Origin: an uncultured Pseudomonadota bacterium
Lineage (GTDB): Bacteria > Pseudomonadota > Alphaproteobacteria > Rs-D84
Length of the DNA stretch: 64,000 nt
Reading direction: 5' to 3'
Assembly: GCA_902788485.1 (NCBI GenBank)
Contig: CADAKI010000001.1
Coordinates: 27,927 to 91,926, forward strand
Both the position numbers and the translations under genes were made by a program. Positions within the stretch are counted from its first letter, which is position 1; each line of letters starts with the position of its first letter. Positions 1 to 9,772 of the stretch are shown here, one piece after another. The notes beneath the pieces are model-generated. The model did no database searches and had not been told where the DNA came from. It saw only the letters and a program-made list of their open reading frames with translations.

Positions 1-680
1 GCACCGATTTTATTCATAACCGCCAAATCATTTACCGGCACCGAATATTTACGCGATAACGAATACAATGTATCACCCGCCACAACGGTAATTTCACGCA
101 CCGGCGCCCGCACAGGTTTTGACTCCGATTTTTCCGACGTTTTTTTCGTCGTTTTTACATCTGACGTTTTTATTGTTTCGGTTTGCTTTGGTTTTACATC
201 TGGTTTTTGAGATGTTTTTTCTTGGACATTTTCGCGTGGCGCAACCACCAAATCATCGGTTTTATAATCAGGTATCATCAAATCATCAATGTTATCATCC
301 GGCGCAAATCCATATTCATCCCGCCCTTGCGCCGGCGCATTTTCCGCCACCGCATTGTCCGTCACATCATCCGCCGGCATACCCACATCACGTGCATCAA
401 CATCGGTATCTTGGGCGGGCATCATATAATCATCGGCGGGCGAATACAAAACATAATCTGCATCGGTAATATCGCCATTTCCATATTCAGATGCCGACGC
501 ATACATGCCATAGTCCGCAACCGCGGTTTTATAAATCTCACTATCTGGTTCCGCCAACAATGTCGGATATCGTGATGAAATAAAATCACCAACATCGTCC
601 GGAATGGACGCAATCCGCGGCTGTAAATCACACGCAGACAAAAAACCAATAAATAAAAATGCACAAAAAATTTTCTTCAC
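1..680 (-). CDS. LysM-domain lipoprotein (partial; C-terminal part runs off the window start)
   Basis: Absent from the ATG-only ORF track. The minus-strand frame is open from 680 to 1 with a GTG start at 680 and an in-frame stop at 702-704 just upstream. N-terminus VKKIFCAFLFIGFLSAC is a signal peptide plus lipobox. ITVVAGDTLYSLSRKYSVPVNDLAVMNKI near position 1 is a LysM motif. It supersedes + strand ORFs 119..469 and 183..575, which are low-complexity H/P-rich antisense translations. Confidence 0.5.
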   Translation of the reverse strand, partial: MKKIFCAFLFIGFLSACDLQPRIASIPDDVGDFISSRYPTLLAEPDSEIYKTAVADYGMYASASEYGNGDITDADYVLYSPADDYMMPAQDTDVDARDVGMPADDVTDNAVAENAPAQGRDEYGFAPDDNIDDLMIPDYKTDDLVVAPRENVQEKTSQKPDVKPKQTETIKTSDVKTTKKTSEKSESKPVRAPVREITVVAGDTLYSLSRKYSVPVNDLAVMNKIG

Positions 681-701
681 AACGGAAATTATACCATATT
701 T

Positions 702-1412
702 TTAATCACGACGCATGAATAAAATACTCAATTCAAACAACCCCCACATTGGCACCGCCAACAAAATTTGCGACACGACATCCGGTGGGGTTAAAACCGC
801 GGCAACAACAACCAAAACAATAATCGCATACCGCCGCATTGCAATCACTTTGCCACGCGATAACACACCGATTCTGTTCAATAAAATCATCAATATTGGT
901 AATTGAAACGCGATACCAAAAACCCGCAACAACCGAATCGCAAAAGACAAATAATCACGCACCGCCGGCAAAAACACCGCCGGCACCGGGGTATTCTGAT
1001 TTAACTCAATAAAAAATCCAAACACAGACGGAAACAAAATATAAAACGCAAACGCCGCACCAATTAAAAATAAAATCGGTGACGCAATCAAAATTGGCCA
1101 AATAAAATTTTTTTCTTTTTGTTTTAATCCCGGGGCGACAAATGCCCATACATGCCACAATATAACCGGCAACGTAATCAATATTGCAATCGTTCCCGCC
1201 AAAGACAACCGTATCATCAAACCGTCGGTAATACCATTATACAATAAATTTCCATGCCAAATTTTCAACAATGGCGCACTTAGAAATTCTAATGCCCATG
1301 GCGCAACATACCATGCACACACAAACGCAATTAAAAAAATAAAAACACACCACAAGAATCGCCGACGCAATTCAGAAAAATGTTCCATCAAAGTCATGCG
1401 TTTATTTTTCAT
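702..1412 (-). CDS. tatC: Sec-independent protein translocase TatC
   Basis: 236-aa polytopic membrane protein with a TatC-like N-terminus (MEHFSELRRRFLWCVFIFLIAF...) and six predicted TM segments. It overlaps the tatB stop by 4 nt. Confidence 0.9.
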   Translation of the reverse strand: MKNKRMTLMEHFSELRRRFLWCVFIFLIAFVCAWYVAPWALEFLSAPLLKIWHGNLLYNGITDGLMIRLSLAGTIAILITLPVILWHVWAFVAPGLKQKEKNFIWPILIASPILFLIGAAFAFYILFPSVFGFFIELNQNTPVPAVFLPAVRDYLSFAIRLLRVFGIAFQLPILMILLNRIGVLSRGKVIAMRRYAIIVLVVVAAVLTPPDVVSQILLAVPMWGLFELSILFMRRD

Positions 1413-1690
1413 TTTTTAATTTTCTGGCGCCCCGCCCGTTTTGGTAATTTCACCGAAAAATCATCCAACATATCGCGCGTTGTTGTGTGAATAATTTCAT
1501 CAATCGGTTTTTCCAAATCAATCTGGGTTGTGATTTGTTCCGACGCATCCGTAATTTTCCATAAAACCCCGCGAATATATTTTACCGCGCGCGCACAAAA
1601 ACGTGCAACATCGGGCCAATATTTAACCGGCACAACCAAAATTGCGACCAAAACGATTACTAAAAATTCAGCCCCACTGATACCAAACAT
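1409..1690 (-). CDS. tatB: Tat translocase subunit TatB (TatA/B family)
   Basis: 93 aa. MFGISGAEFLVIVLVAILVVPVKYWP matches the TatB N-terminal TM plus hinge consensus (MFDIGFSELLLV...LVVLGPxRLP). It sits immediately upstream of tatC. Confidence 0.75.
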   Translation of the reverse strand: MFGISGAEFLVIVLVAILVVPVKYWPDVARFCARAVKYIRGVLWKITDASEQITTQIDLEKPIDEIIHTTTRDMLDDFSVKLPKRAGRQKIKK

Positions 1691-1692
1691 TT

Positions 1693-2307
1693 TTAATCAT
1701 AGAACGCGTCACCGCCAGAATTACTGACCGTTTTATGACGCGAAATTTGAAAATAATTTTTATCAAAATCTGTTTTTGTTTTTAAATTTTTGAACACGAC
1801 ATCCGTACTGGTCCCGGTGGCGTCGGTCACCGTCCAAGATTTTAATTTCACCGGCGATTTATCAAACACAACCGTCATGTGTCCCAACCCGCGATTATCA
1901 CGCATATACATATTTAACGCAAATGTCGATTTACCGTCAAAAGTATCAGATACCACGATATCAGAATTTTGCAAATCAATATTTTTACGCACCAAAATTC
2001 CGGCGGGCGTACTGGTCAATGGGACGGTTGTAATTTGGTCCAACGATTTATCAAAAAAATATAAATCCGTTCCATCAGAAATCAGTTGAACCGGCGAATT
2101 CGTATAATCCAAACGCACGCGTCCCGGACGCAACATCGAAAACACACCACGCGCCACACGACCATTTGATGTTTGTATAAAATCGCCCTGCATCCCCGTC
2201 ACAGAATTTAAATATTTTTCCGCAGACGTAACAAATTTTTTATCAACCGTGGCAAACGCCGGCATCATAAATACAGAACACAAAATAAAAACAAATAATT
2301 TTTTCAT
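1693..2307 (-). CDS. lolA: Outer-membrane lipoprotein carrier protein LolA
   Basis: 204 aa with a signal peptide. FIQTS...RGVFSMLRPGRVRLDYTNSPVQLISDGTDLYFFD aligns with E. coli LolA SFTQ...QGDLWVKRPNLFNWHMT...ILVSDGKTLWFYNP. Confidence 0.8.
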   Translation of the reverse strand: MKKLFVFILCSVFMMPAFATVDKKFVTSAEKYLNSVTGMQGDFIQTSNGRVARGVFSMLRPGRVRLDYTNSPVQLISDGTDLYFFDKSLDQITTVPLTSTPAGILVRKNIDLQNSDIVVSDTFDGKSTFALNMYMRDNRGLGHMTVVFDKSPVKLKSWTVTDATGTSTDVVFKNLKTKTDFDKNYFQISRHKTVSNSGGDAFYD

Positions 2308-2310
2308 CTC

Positions 2311-3261
2311 TCACATCCCTTGGAACATTTTTATAACTTTATTTTTAACATTTTCCAAACTGTCATACACGACGGCGCCCGCCGCACACATGTGACCACC
2401 ACCACCCAACTGTTCCGCGATTTTATTGATTGGCACATGTTTACTGCGCAAAGACACACCGATTTGATTTTCTTTTTGGTGTTTTAACATCGCGATAAAT
2501 TCGACACCCTTAATCTGGCCCAACAAAGACAATGCCGTTTCACCGCGACCATCCAAATGTTTATATGATTCTGCATCCACAACCGCAACCGCCAAACGAT
2601 TTTTGAAATAAAATTCTGCATCGGCAACGACACGTGCCTCGGTCTGGATTGTTTTGCGTGGTTTATTACTCAACAATTCTAATAATCTGTTTATCTCGAT
2701 ACCTTGGTCCACCAAATCACCCATAATACGCAACGAACGTCCATCCTTGGCATATTTGAAATTTCCGGTATCGGTCAAAATTGCCAACGCCAATAAATTT
2801 AAAACCTTGTCATCATATTCCCAATTTGCATCACGCATTATATCATATAACAAACATGCCGTTGCCGCCGCCGTATCATCATCAATACAGAAATTTCCAA
2901 TTCTGGAATCATTTTTATGGTGGTCAATTTCAATTAAATATTTTGCCGCATCCAACATTGGTCGCGTTCCACCGATATTATTTACCGTGCCATAATCCAA
3001 CAAAATTGCCAAATCAAATGGTTGTGATGCATCCACGTGTTCAAAATAATGCGCACGCCCCCGCAATGGCACATAACGCAGTGCCTCGGGCACATTGCCA
3101 TCATAAACACACACACATTCTTTGCCATAATTTAAATAAATCAACTGATACAATGCCAACACAGAACACAACGCATCGCCATCCATATTTTTATGCGCAG
3201 ACAGCAAAATCGTATTTGCCGATTTAATTTTTTCTATTAAAAATTGTGTTTCATTTTTCAT
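2311..3261 (-). CDS. nrnA: DHH/DHHA1-family phosphoesterase (NrnA-like oligoribonuclease / pAp phosphatase)
   Basis: 316 aa. DHH motif region (LLSAHKNMDGDALCS...IEIDHH) and C-terminal DHHA1 GGGH motif (EQLGGGGHMCAAGA). Confidence 0.75.
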   Translation of the reverse strand: MKNETQFLIEKIKSANTILLSAHKNMDGDALCSVLALYQLIYLNYGKECVCVYDGNVPEALRYVPLRGRAHYFEHVDASQPFDLAILLDYGTVNNIGGTRPMLDAAKYLIEIDHHKNDSRIGNFCIDDDTAAATACLLYDIMRDANWEYDDKVLNLLALAILTDTGNFKYAKDGRSLRIMGDLVDQGIEINRLLELLSNKPRKTIQTEARVVADAEFYFKNRLAVAVVDAESYKHLDGRGETALSLLGQIKGVEFIAMLKHQKENQIGVSLRSKHVPINKIAEQLGGGGHMCAAGAVVYDSLENVKNKVIKMFQGM

Positions 3262-5033
3262 TATTTACCAACCGCGATATCTTCCAGCATAAACTGGGCC
3301 GTGTGCCGTCCGTTATATTCGTTATCTTTTAATCGACCCAACATTGACATTGTAGTGTTTATATTTGCATCGTCCAGCAAAAAATCACCCACCGGTGTTC
3401 CAACCAAATTAAACCCGACAAAATTAACCGTTGTTCCCATTGATGTCCGCACCACCCCACGCAGATGTGCCCCATTTCCCATAACCGTTGCATATTGTAA
3501 TTTTGCGCCATTTAACACCAATTCTGGTTCGGGGTTACCCTGGCCAAACGGGGCCAACACAGATAATTTTTGCACCAAACTCATGGTGGCGCCACTGGCA
3601 TCCAACTCGGCATCGACAATAATTTCAGGCACACCGGGATTGTCGCCTAATTGTTGCGCCACAGATTTTTCCAAAAATTCGCAAAATTCTTCTTCTTTAT
3701 CCGCCATCAAAGAAAATCCTGCTGCCGCCGCGTGTCCCCCACCCTCGGTCACGATACCGCGCGCCAACGCGTCATGAATAATGCGTCCCAAATCAACATT
3801 TGCAACCGAACGTCCCGACCCATTTATAACACCATCAATACGCGTCGCAACACAAGACGGTCGATTATATCGGTCTTTCAATCGTCCGGCAATAATCCCC
3901 ATAACACCACCATGCCAATTATCGCCACATACGAACAAACTGCATTTTCCTTTTTTGCAACATTGTTCGGCTTGCTCGGTTGCACCCAACATAATTGCAT
4001 TTTGAATATCAATTCTGTCGCGATTCATTTGGTCTAATTTTTCCGCCAGCGCACGCGCCACCAACGGATTATCGGTCAACAATAATTCCAACGCAGGTCG
4101 CGCCGAATCCAAACGTCCCGCCGCATTTAACCGCGGTCCCAACACAAACCCCGCAACATAAACCGACGCATGTTTCACACCCGCAACATCCATCAACACA
4201 CGCAACCCCAGATTTTTACGCGCATCTAAAACCTTTAATCCGGTGGACACGAACGCGCGATTCAACCCCACCAATGGCATCGTGTCACAAATTGTCCCCA
4301 ACGCGACCAAATCCAAATAATCCATCAAATTTATTTTTGATAATAATTCATGTCGCACATCATTTTGTAATCTGTCGCGCAACTCGCGATTTAATGCAAC
4401 CAATGTTAAAAACGCAACACCAACACCCGCCAAATAATTCAACCCAGATGTATCATCCGCACGTTTTGGATTCACAATCGCCGCCGACGCAGCAGGTAAA
4501 ATTTCATCAGGCGAATGATGGTCGGTCACAACAACCTGTAATCCACGTGCCACCGCATGTTTGATTTCATCGACACAACTGATACCGCAATCAACCGTCA
4601 CCAAAACATCGGCACCATCATTTACAATTTCATCAACCGCCGCAATATTTAAACCATAGCCTTCGCCCTCACGGGTTGGAACATGCCAAATCGTATCAAC
4701 ACCCAACGCACGCAGATATTTTACAAATATCGCCGTTGATGTAATTCCATCGACATCATAATCGCCATAAACCGCAATTTTTTTATTCGCCACAACCGCA
4801 TCGGCAATAACATGCGACGCCACATCCATATCATGCAACACATACGGGTCAGGCATATATTCGCGCACCGTCGGTGCCAAAAAACGTTCTATATCTTCCC
4901 GTACAGACATACCCCGGCCAACCAAGATATTACGAATCAAATCTTCGCCAAAATCTGTTTTTGCCTCAAAATCTATACTATCCATCATCACCCATGATTG
5001 TCCCATCATGGATTTATCAACTAACTTTTTCAA
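3261..5033 (-). CDS. recJ: Single-stranded-DNA-specific exonuclease RecJ
   Basis: 590 aa with RecJ N-terminal DHH core (IAVYGDYDVDGITSTAIF...GEGYGLN), HH motif (VVTDHH) and DHHA1 (GGGHAAAAG). Confidence 0.9.
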   Translation of the reverse strand: MKKLVDKSMMGQSWVMMDSIDFEAKTDFGEDLIRNILVGRGMSVREDIERFLAPTVREYMPDPYVLHDMDVASHVIADAVVANKKIAVYGDYDVDGITSTAIFVKYLRALGVDTIWHVPTREGEGYGLNIAAVDEIVNDGADVLVTVDCGISCVDEIKHAVARGLQVVVTDHHSPDEILPAASAAIVNPKRADDTSGLNYLAGVGVAFLTLVALNRELRDRLQNDVRHELLSKINLMDYLDLVALGTICDTMPLVGLNRAFVSTGLKVLDARKNLGLRVLMDVAGVKHASVYVAGFVLGPRLNAAGRLDSARPALELLLTDNPLVARALAEKLDQMNRDRIDIQNAIMLGATEQAEQCCKKGKCSLFVCGDNWHGGVMGIIAGRLKDRYNRPSCVATRIDGVINGSGRSVANVDLGRIIHDALARGIVTEGGGHAAAAGFSLMADKEEEFCEFLEKSVAQQLGDNPGVPEIIVDAELDASGATMSLVQKLSVLAPFGQGNPEPELVLNGAKLQYATVMGNGAHLRGVVRTSMGTTVNFVGFNLVGTPVGDFLLDDANINTTMSMLGRLKDNEYNGRHTAQFMLEDIAVGK

Positions 5034-5072
5034 TTTATACTCTTTTCTTATCGAGTATATTATAACTGAAAA

Positions 5073-6689
5073 TTATTCAAATAGCAATGGCAGTATTCCA
5101 TCCAATATTTTTCCGGCCGTCGGCACAGAATTTTGTGATGCGGTTCGCCACCCACCGGTTTCCGCCAAACCTTGGGGTTCGTCCAACACAACCATAATAA
5201 TATATTGCGGTGCCTCGGCGGGGAAAATACCTACAAATGTTGTCATATTACGTTTTTTATCAATAACCCCGTTTATGCGTTTTTCCGCCGTTCCTGTCTT
5301 TCCACCAATATTTATCCCACTGATACGGGTTAATTTACCACTGGTTTCTTCGACAACACGCACCATATTATGACGCAACCGCGCCGATATTTCATCACTT
5401 AACACACGTGTCCCACGAACACGACCGACATCACGTTTTTGAATTGTTGGATACATATAAATTCCGCCATTTGTCACCGCATTTACCCCCAACATTAAAT
5501 GCATTGGGGTCACGGCCACCGTATGCCCAAAAGACGCCGTTGCAACATCGGTAATACGCCACTTTTTTGGAAATATCGGATATTCTGTTTTACCAAAATC
5601 TAAATCCAACTTTTCATCCAAATGCAACCGATGGAAAAATTCAGATTGCGCCCCATCTGGAAATTGCAGTGCGATTTGCACACTGCCCACATTACAAGAA
5701 TGAACCATAATTTCATCAACATTCATCCATGGCTGGTCATATTTAGACACATCATGAAATGTTGTCACATACCGACCACTTTTTGTGCGCAACACATATG
5801 GTTTTGCAACATAATATTTGCCACCAATATTATTTTCATACGCAATCGCCGTATTAAATATTTTGAACACAGACCCCATTTCCAACACATCACGCATTGG
5901 TTTAAACTTGCGATTTTCAACCGGATATGCCGACACATGTTCCGGATCAAAATCCGGCAAAGACACCATCGCCAACATTTCGCCCGTGCGCGAATTCATC
6001 AACAATCCCATTGCACCTTTGGCATGATATTTTTGCACGGCCTCGGACAATCTGGTATGGAATTGTTCCTGGATTCGTGCATCCAGCGACAATCGCAACG
6101 AATCATTATTTTCACGCAAATACGAATCGAATAATTTTTCTGCACCTTCTAATCCTTCGCCTTCTTTGCCGACAAAACCAACAACATGCGCAAACAGATT
6201 ATGTTTTGGATAACGGCGCATTTGTTTAACCTCGACCTCTAACCCTTCTAATTTAGCATCTTTGATTTGTTTGCGTTCGGCATCGGTTGCATATTGTTTT
6301 AAATACATAAACTTTTTATTTTTCAAAATATCATATGCCGCCGCGACCGAATATTTATACGGAAAAACCTCGTGAATTTTTTGCGCAACCGCATCCATAT
6401 CGCGAACCGCGCCAGGCCGCACCATAACATGCCCCGACACAACATTTTTCGCCAATTTTACACCGTTTCTATCTTCGATATCGGCACGAGTAATTGTCCA
6501 ATCTGTTCCTAATTTTGCCTTGCCTGATGTCCCCGTTCCCATACATCCGTAATATAATGTCTTGGCAAAAAACACGCAAAACAACACACAAATCCAAAAA
6601 TGCACAGACCGCAACCTGACGCGTTCAACATCGCGCCGTTTTGCGATGCGTCCACCAAATCTGTAAACATCTTTTCCTATTTCGAACAT
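5073..6689 (-). CDS. ftsI: Peptidoglycan D,D-transpeptidase (class B PBP, FtsI-like)
   Basis: 538 aa. N-terminal TM, then transpeptidase motifs SVFK (SxxK), SCN (SxN) and KTGT. Lies directly downstream of an FtsL-like gene. Confidence 0.75.
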   Translation of the reverse strand: MFEIGKDVYRFGGRIAKRRDVERVRLRSVHFWICVLFCVFFAKTLYYGCMGTGTSGKAKLGTDWTITRADIEDRNGVKLAKNVVSGHVMVRPGAVRDMDAVAQKIHEVFPYKYSVAAAYDILKNKKFMYLKQYATDAERKQIKDAKLEGLEVEVKQMRRYPKHNLFAHVVGFVGKEGEGLEGAEKLFDSYLRENNDSLRLSLDARIQEQFHTRLSEAVQKYHAKGAMGLLMNSRTGEMLAMVSLPDFDPEHVSAYPVENRKFKPMRDVLEMGSVFKIFNTAIAYENNIGGKYYVAKPYVLRTKSGRYVTTFHDVSKYDQPWMNVDEIMVHSCNVGSVQIALQFPDGAQSEFFHRLHLDEKLDLDFGKTEYPIFPKKWRITDVATASFGHTVAVTPMHLMLGVNAVTNGGIYMYPTIQKRDVGRVRGTRVLSDEISARLRHNMVRVVEETSGKLTRISGINIGGKTGTAEKRINGVIDKKRNMTTFVGIFPAEAPQYIIMVVLDEPQGLAETGGWRTASQNSVPTAGKILDGILPLLFE

Positions 6690-6692
6690 AAA

Positions 6693-6989
6693 CTACTTCC
6701 TTAATGGCAAATCATCAATTTCGACATATTTTCTAAAACCAATAATTTCGACATGCGGATTGACCGTCGTCAACATACCCAACAAATATTCTGAATTTGT
6801 CATTGATTCAAATTTTGCTTGTTCCACCGCAATTTGTTGTTGGGTTTTGACAATTTCATCATACGTGAATTTCAAAGATTTGTGTTGTGTGCGATAACAC
6901 ACTTGCAACCCAACAATTAAAAATATAACACCAACCAGTGAACAAACACCAATTTTAAACATTTTTTGTTCTTCGTTCATATCCGTCAT
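6693..6989 (-). CDS. ftsL: FtsL-like cell-division protein
   Basis: 98-aa bitopic protein with one TM (IGVCSLVGVIFLIVGLQV) followed by a coiled-coil-like region. Called from its position immediately upstream of ftsI. Confidence 0.45.
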   Translation of the reverse strand: MTDMNEEQKMFKIGVCSLVGVIFLIVGLQVCYRTQHKSLKFTYDEIVKTQQQIAVEQAKFESMTNSEYLLGMLTTVNPHVEIIGFRKYVEIDDLPLRK

Positions 6990-7013
6990 CCATACCTTTA
7001 CGGATATATTCTA

Positions 7014-7388
7014 TCATAAATTTTGTAAAAAACTAATCATAGAATTTAATCCAGAAAGTCTCCCCGCCCCCAAAGATAAATTCAACGAAGAAAATTCACC
7101 CAATAAATCCATTTTTTTTATTTCATCCGGTGTTTTTCCATCAACCATCGCAATCAATATTGCAACAATTCCACGAACCAATCCTGAATCTGCAACACCA
7201 TAAAAATTATTTTCCACCCGACAAATTTCAACATGCGACGAACAACCCATAATCTCGTGACAAGACGCGCCCGCCGGCACATTTTGCAAATGCATACCAA
7301 AATCCATCACGGCATCCAATTTATCCGCCGGATTTTCCAACATTGATAAAATATTTTTCATCTGAACATATGTCATAAAAATCACCAT
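7014..7388 (-). CDS. sufE: Cysteine desulfuration protein SufE
   Basis: 124 aa. HEIMGCSSHVEI matches the SufE active-site region (NSIQGCQSQVWI). GLVRGIVAILIAMVDGKTPDEI matches SufE [22 protein letters not shown]. Confidence 0.8.
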   Translation of the reverse strand: MVIFMTYVQMKNILSMLENPADKLDAVMDFGMHLQNVPAGASCHEIMGCSSHVEICRVENNFYGVADSGLVRGIVAILIAMVDGKTPDEIKKMDLLGEFSSLNLSLGAGRLSGLNSMISFLQNL

Positions 7389-7693
7389 CCATGTGATGTT
7401 AAATCCAACTCTATACGCGCTGCATCACTCATTCGTGACAAATCCCACGCAGGTTCCCACACCAATTTTACATCAACATTTTCCACATCCGCAACATGTG
7501 CCACGGCATCTTTGACCTGCATTACTAATTCATCCATCATGGGACATGTGGGACTGGTTAGCGTCATGGTAATCACAACATTTTTATCATCGATTTTTAT
7601 ATCATAAACCAACCCCATATCCCAAATATTCACAGGAATTTCCGGGTCAAAAACTGTTTTCAATGCATTTATAATATCATCACGATTTATCAT
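7382..7693 (-). CDS. sufT: Fe-S cluster assembly protein SufT (DUF59/MIP18 family)
   Basis: 103 aa. DPEIPVNIWDMGLVYDI...TLTSPTCPM is the DUF59 signature. Confidence 0.75.
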   Translation of the reverse strand: MINRDDIINALKTVFDPEIPVNIWDMGLVYDIKIDDKNVVITMTLTSPTCPMMDELVMQVKDAVAHVADVENVDVKLVWEPAWDLSRMSDAARIELDLTSHGW

Positions 7694-7697
7694 ATTT

Positions 7698-8810
7698 TTA
7701 TTTCACTATCTTATTCATAACCGACAAAAATTTATCTGCATCTTGACGCGTATTCCACGGCCCAACCGACACACGTATTGAACCATCAATACCCAATACC
7801 CGATGAACCCAAGACGCACACATATTTCCGACACGCACACATATGTTATTTGCACCCAACATCGCACCAACATCCAATGGATGCATATTATCCACAACAA
7901 ATGTCATCAATGCCGCATCACGCGACGATAAAATTTTTATACGCGGATTTTTTTTCAATTCATCATACATATACTTAATCAATTTTAAATCAGGGCGATG
8001 CGATTCCAATTCATCAATCGCAACCGACAACCCACAAATCTGGGTCAATGGTAATGTACCGGCCTCGAATCGGTCCGGCGAATTATTCCAAATTGCCATA
8101 TCACCATCAATGCGCAATACCATGCCACCACCCAATTTATCAGGCATATATTTATCCGCATCACGAATATACAAAATCCCAACGCCGGTATCCGCACCAA
8201 TTTTGTGTCCCGACGCCACCAAGAAATCACAATCCCATTTTTTAACATCTATTTTATGATGGACGATATATTGCGTTGCATCAACCACGGTAATCACATT
8301 TGGATTTTTTTTGCGTGCCGCGCGACAAATCGCCGCGACATCTTGGGACACGCCCAACACATTAGACATCGCCGTTATCACCAATACATCTGATTTTGGC
8401 ACAGAATCGATTTTAATATTAAAATTTTCATCCAATTCACATTTTTCAATTTTGCGAATTTTACCCATGTCCAACATTTCCGCCCACGGCAACCGTGCCG
8501 AATGATGATCCAAATCAGACACCGCAACCGAAAATCCCGCAATATCAAATCGACGTGCAATAATATTAACAATTCTGTTCAACCCATCGGTCGCATTTGC
8601 CGTGAAAACAATTTGGCGGCTATCCGCATTTATAAAATCCGCAACCCGACGCCGAACGGCCGCCACCATTTCATCAACGGCACCCGCACGCGCACAAACC
8701 CCCCGCCCAGCATTTGCATAGCGATTTTTTAAAAAATCCACCTCTGTGGTAATCACAGATTCCGGTTTCAAAAAACTGGCGGCGGCATCAAAATATACGA
8801 TATCTTTCAT
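7698..8810 (-). CDS. sufS: Cysteine desulfurase (SufS/CsdA-type, aminotransferase class V)
   Basis: True start re-assigned to ATG at 8810 (MKDIVYFDAAASFLKPE...). The track's 516-aa ORF reaching 9248 overlaps trxA on the other strand. Group-II desulfurase motifs: RGVCARAG, PLP region ASGHKIG and catalytic Cys in RVGNMCAS (compare RTGHHCA). Confidence 0.8.
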   Translation of the reverse strand: MKDIVYFDAAASFLKPESVITTEVDFLKNRYANAGRGVCARAGAVDEMVAAVRRRVADFINADSRQIVFTANATDGLNRIVNIIARRFDIAGFSVAVSDLDHHSARLPWAEMLDMGKIRKIEKCELDENFNIKIDSVPKSDVLVITAMSNVLGVSQDVAAICRAARKKNPNVITVVDATQYIVHHKIDVKKWDCDFLVASGHKIGADTGVGILYIRDADKYMPDKLGGGMVLRIDGDMAIWNNSPDRFEAGTLPLTQICGLSVAIDELESHRPDLKLIKYMYDELKKNPRIKILSSRDAALMTFVVDNMHPLDVGAMLGANNICVRVGNMCASWVHRVLGIDGSIRVSVGPWNTRQDADKFLSVMNKIVK

Positions 8811-8889
8811 ATTACAAAAAACCTTGCATTTCACCAATATTATAATACACTCAATCCGAATATCAACTATTCTATAAAGGAGAAAACTC

Positions 8890-9213
8890 ATGGCATTAAA
8901 ACATGCAACAGATGCAAATTTCAACGATACAATCGCAAATGGCTTGACATTGGTCGATTTTTGGGCAACATGGTGTGGACCATGCCGCATGTTTGGGCCG
9001 ATTTTCGAATCTGTATCGAATACGATTTCAGATGTCAATTTTGTAAAATTTGAAATTGACGAAACAAATCGTACAACCCCAACAAAATTTGGCATACGCA
9101 GCATCCCCAGTGTCCTGGCATTCCGCAACGGCGAATTGATTGAGGCACGCACAGGACTTATGGACGAAGAAACCGTTATTGCGTGGATACACGAATTACA
9201 ATCCGCCCAATAA
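8890..9213 (+). CDS. trxA: Thioredoxin
   Basis: 107 aa with a WCGPC active site and the full thioredoxin fold consensus. Good SD (AAGGAG) upstream. Confidence 0.9.
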   Translation: MALKHATDANFNDTIANGLTLVDFWATWCGPCRMFGPIFESVSNTISDVNFVKFEIDETNRTTPTKFGIRSIPSVLAFRNGELIEARTGLMDEETVIAWIHELQSAQ

Positions 9214-9246
9214 TTATTTACACCACATATCCCAAGGGAGGATAAC

Positions 9247-9675
9247 ATGGCAAAACAAGATTACAAAACACTGGAACTGGCGGCGAAATATGTTCCAAAA
9301 AAATCTGAACCATATATGTGTTTGGAACAACGGGCGTATTTTTATCAGATTTTAATGGCACAAAAACAGGAAATTACTGACGGCAATTCTGATGTATTAA
9401 ACGTTGTTCGCAACGGCGACAATGGCGACGCCGCGGGGGTTGGTGACGATGCCGACAACGCATCCGCATCCCAGGCACTAACAATGAACCTGCGCATGTC
9501 GGAACGCGACAACAATTTGTTAAAAAAGATAGATGCCGCATTGGAACGATTGGAAAACGGCAAATTCGGTTTCAGTGTTATATCCGGCGACCCAATCGGA
9601 ATTCCACGTCTTTTGGCACGTCCATTGGCAACAATGACGGTCGAAGAACAAGAAGAATACGAAGCAAACAAATAA
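9247..9675 (+). CDS. dksA: DksA/TraR-family RNA polymerase-binding regulator, cysteine-free variant
   Basis: 142 aa. C-terminus ERLENGKFGFSVISGDPIGIPRLLARPLATMTVEE aligns with E. coli DksA [29 protein letters not shown]. All four Zn-finger Cys are replaced (S, S, T, E). Confidence 0.7.
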   Translation: MAKQDYKTLELAAKYVPKKSEPYMCLEQRAYFYQILMAQKQEITDGNSDVLNVVRNGDNGDAAGVGDDADNASASQALTMNLRMSERDNNLLKKIDAALERLENGKFGFSVISGDPIGIPRLLARPLATMTVEEQEEYEANK

Positions 9676-9704
9676 TAATTCGCATCGTATGCAAAAAACC
9701 TAAA

Positions 9705-9732
9705 CTCGGGAAATTTATTGCCCGGGTTTTTT
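9705..9732. terminator. Rho-independent terminator between convergent genes, likely bidirectional
   Basis: ctcggg-aaatttattg-cccggg hairpin (one G-U pair) followed by TTTTTT at 9727-9732, with an A-run on the other side. Confidence 0.5.
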
Positions 9733-9772
9733 ATATATAAAAAAAGGAAACAGAACGCCCAAGGACGCGGAT

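Noticed and set aside
119-664. Three overlapping ORFs (119..469 +, 183..575 +, 422..664 -)
   Set aside because: They are H/P/I/R-rich low-complexity translations. The minus-strand frame with a GTG start at 680 gives a coherent signal-peptide/lipobox/LysM protein instead.
3244-4564. Several + strand ORFs (177, 128, 74 and 189 aa)
   Set aside because: They are all antisense to recJ. They have the H/P/T-rich composition typical of reverse-strand readings in this G-poor strand.
8811-9248. N-terminal 146-aa extension of the track's 516-aa SufS ORF
   Set aside because: It overlaps trxA (WCGPC) on the other strand. Desulfurase homology begins at the internal MKDIVYFDAAAS (ATG at 8810).
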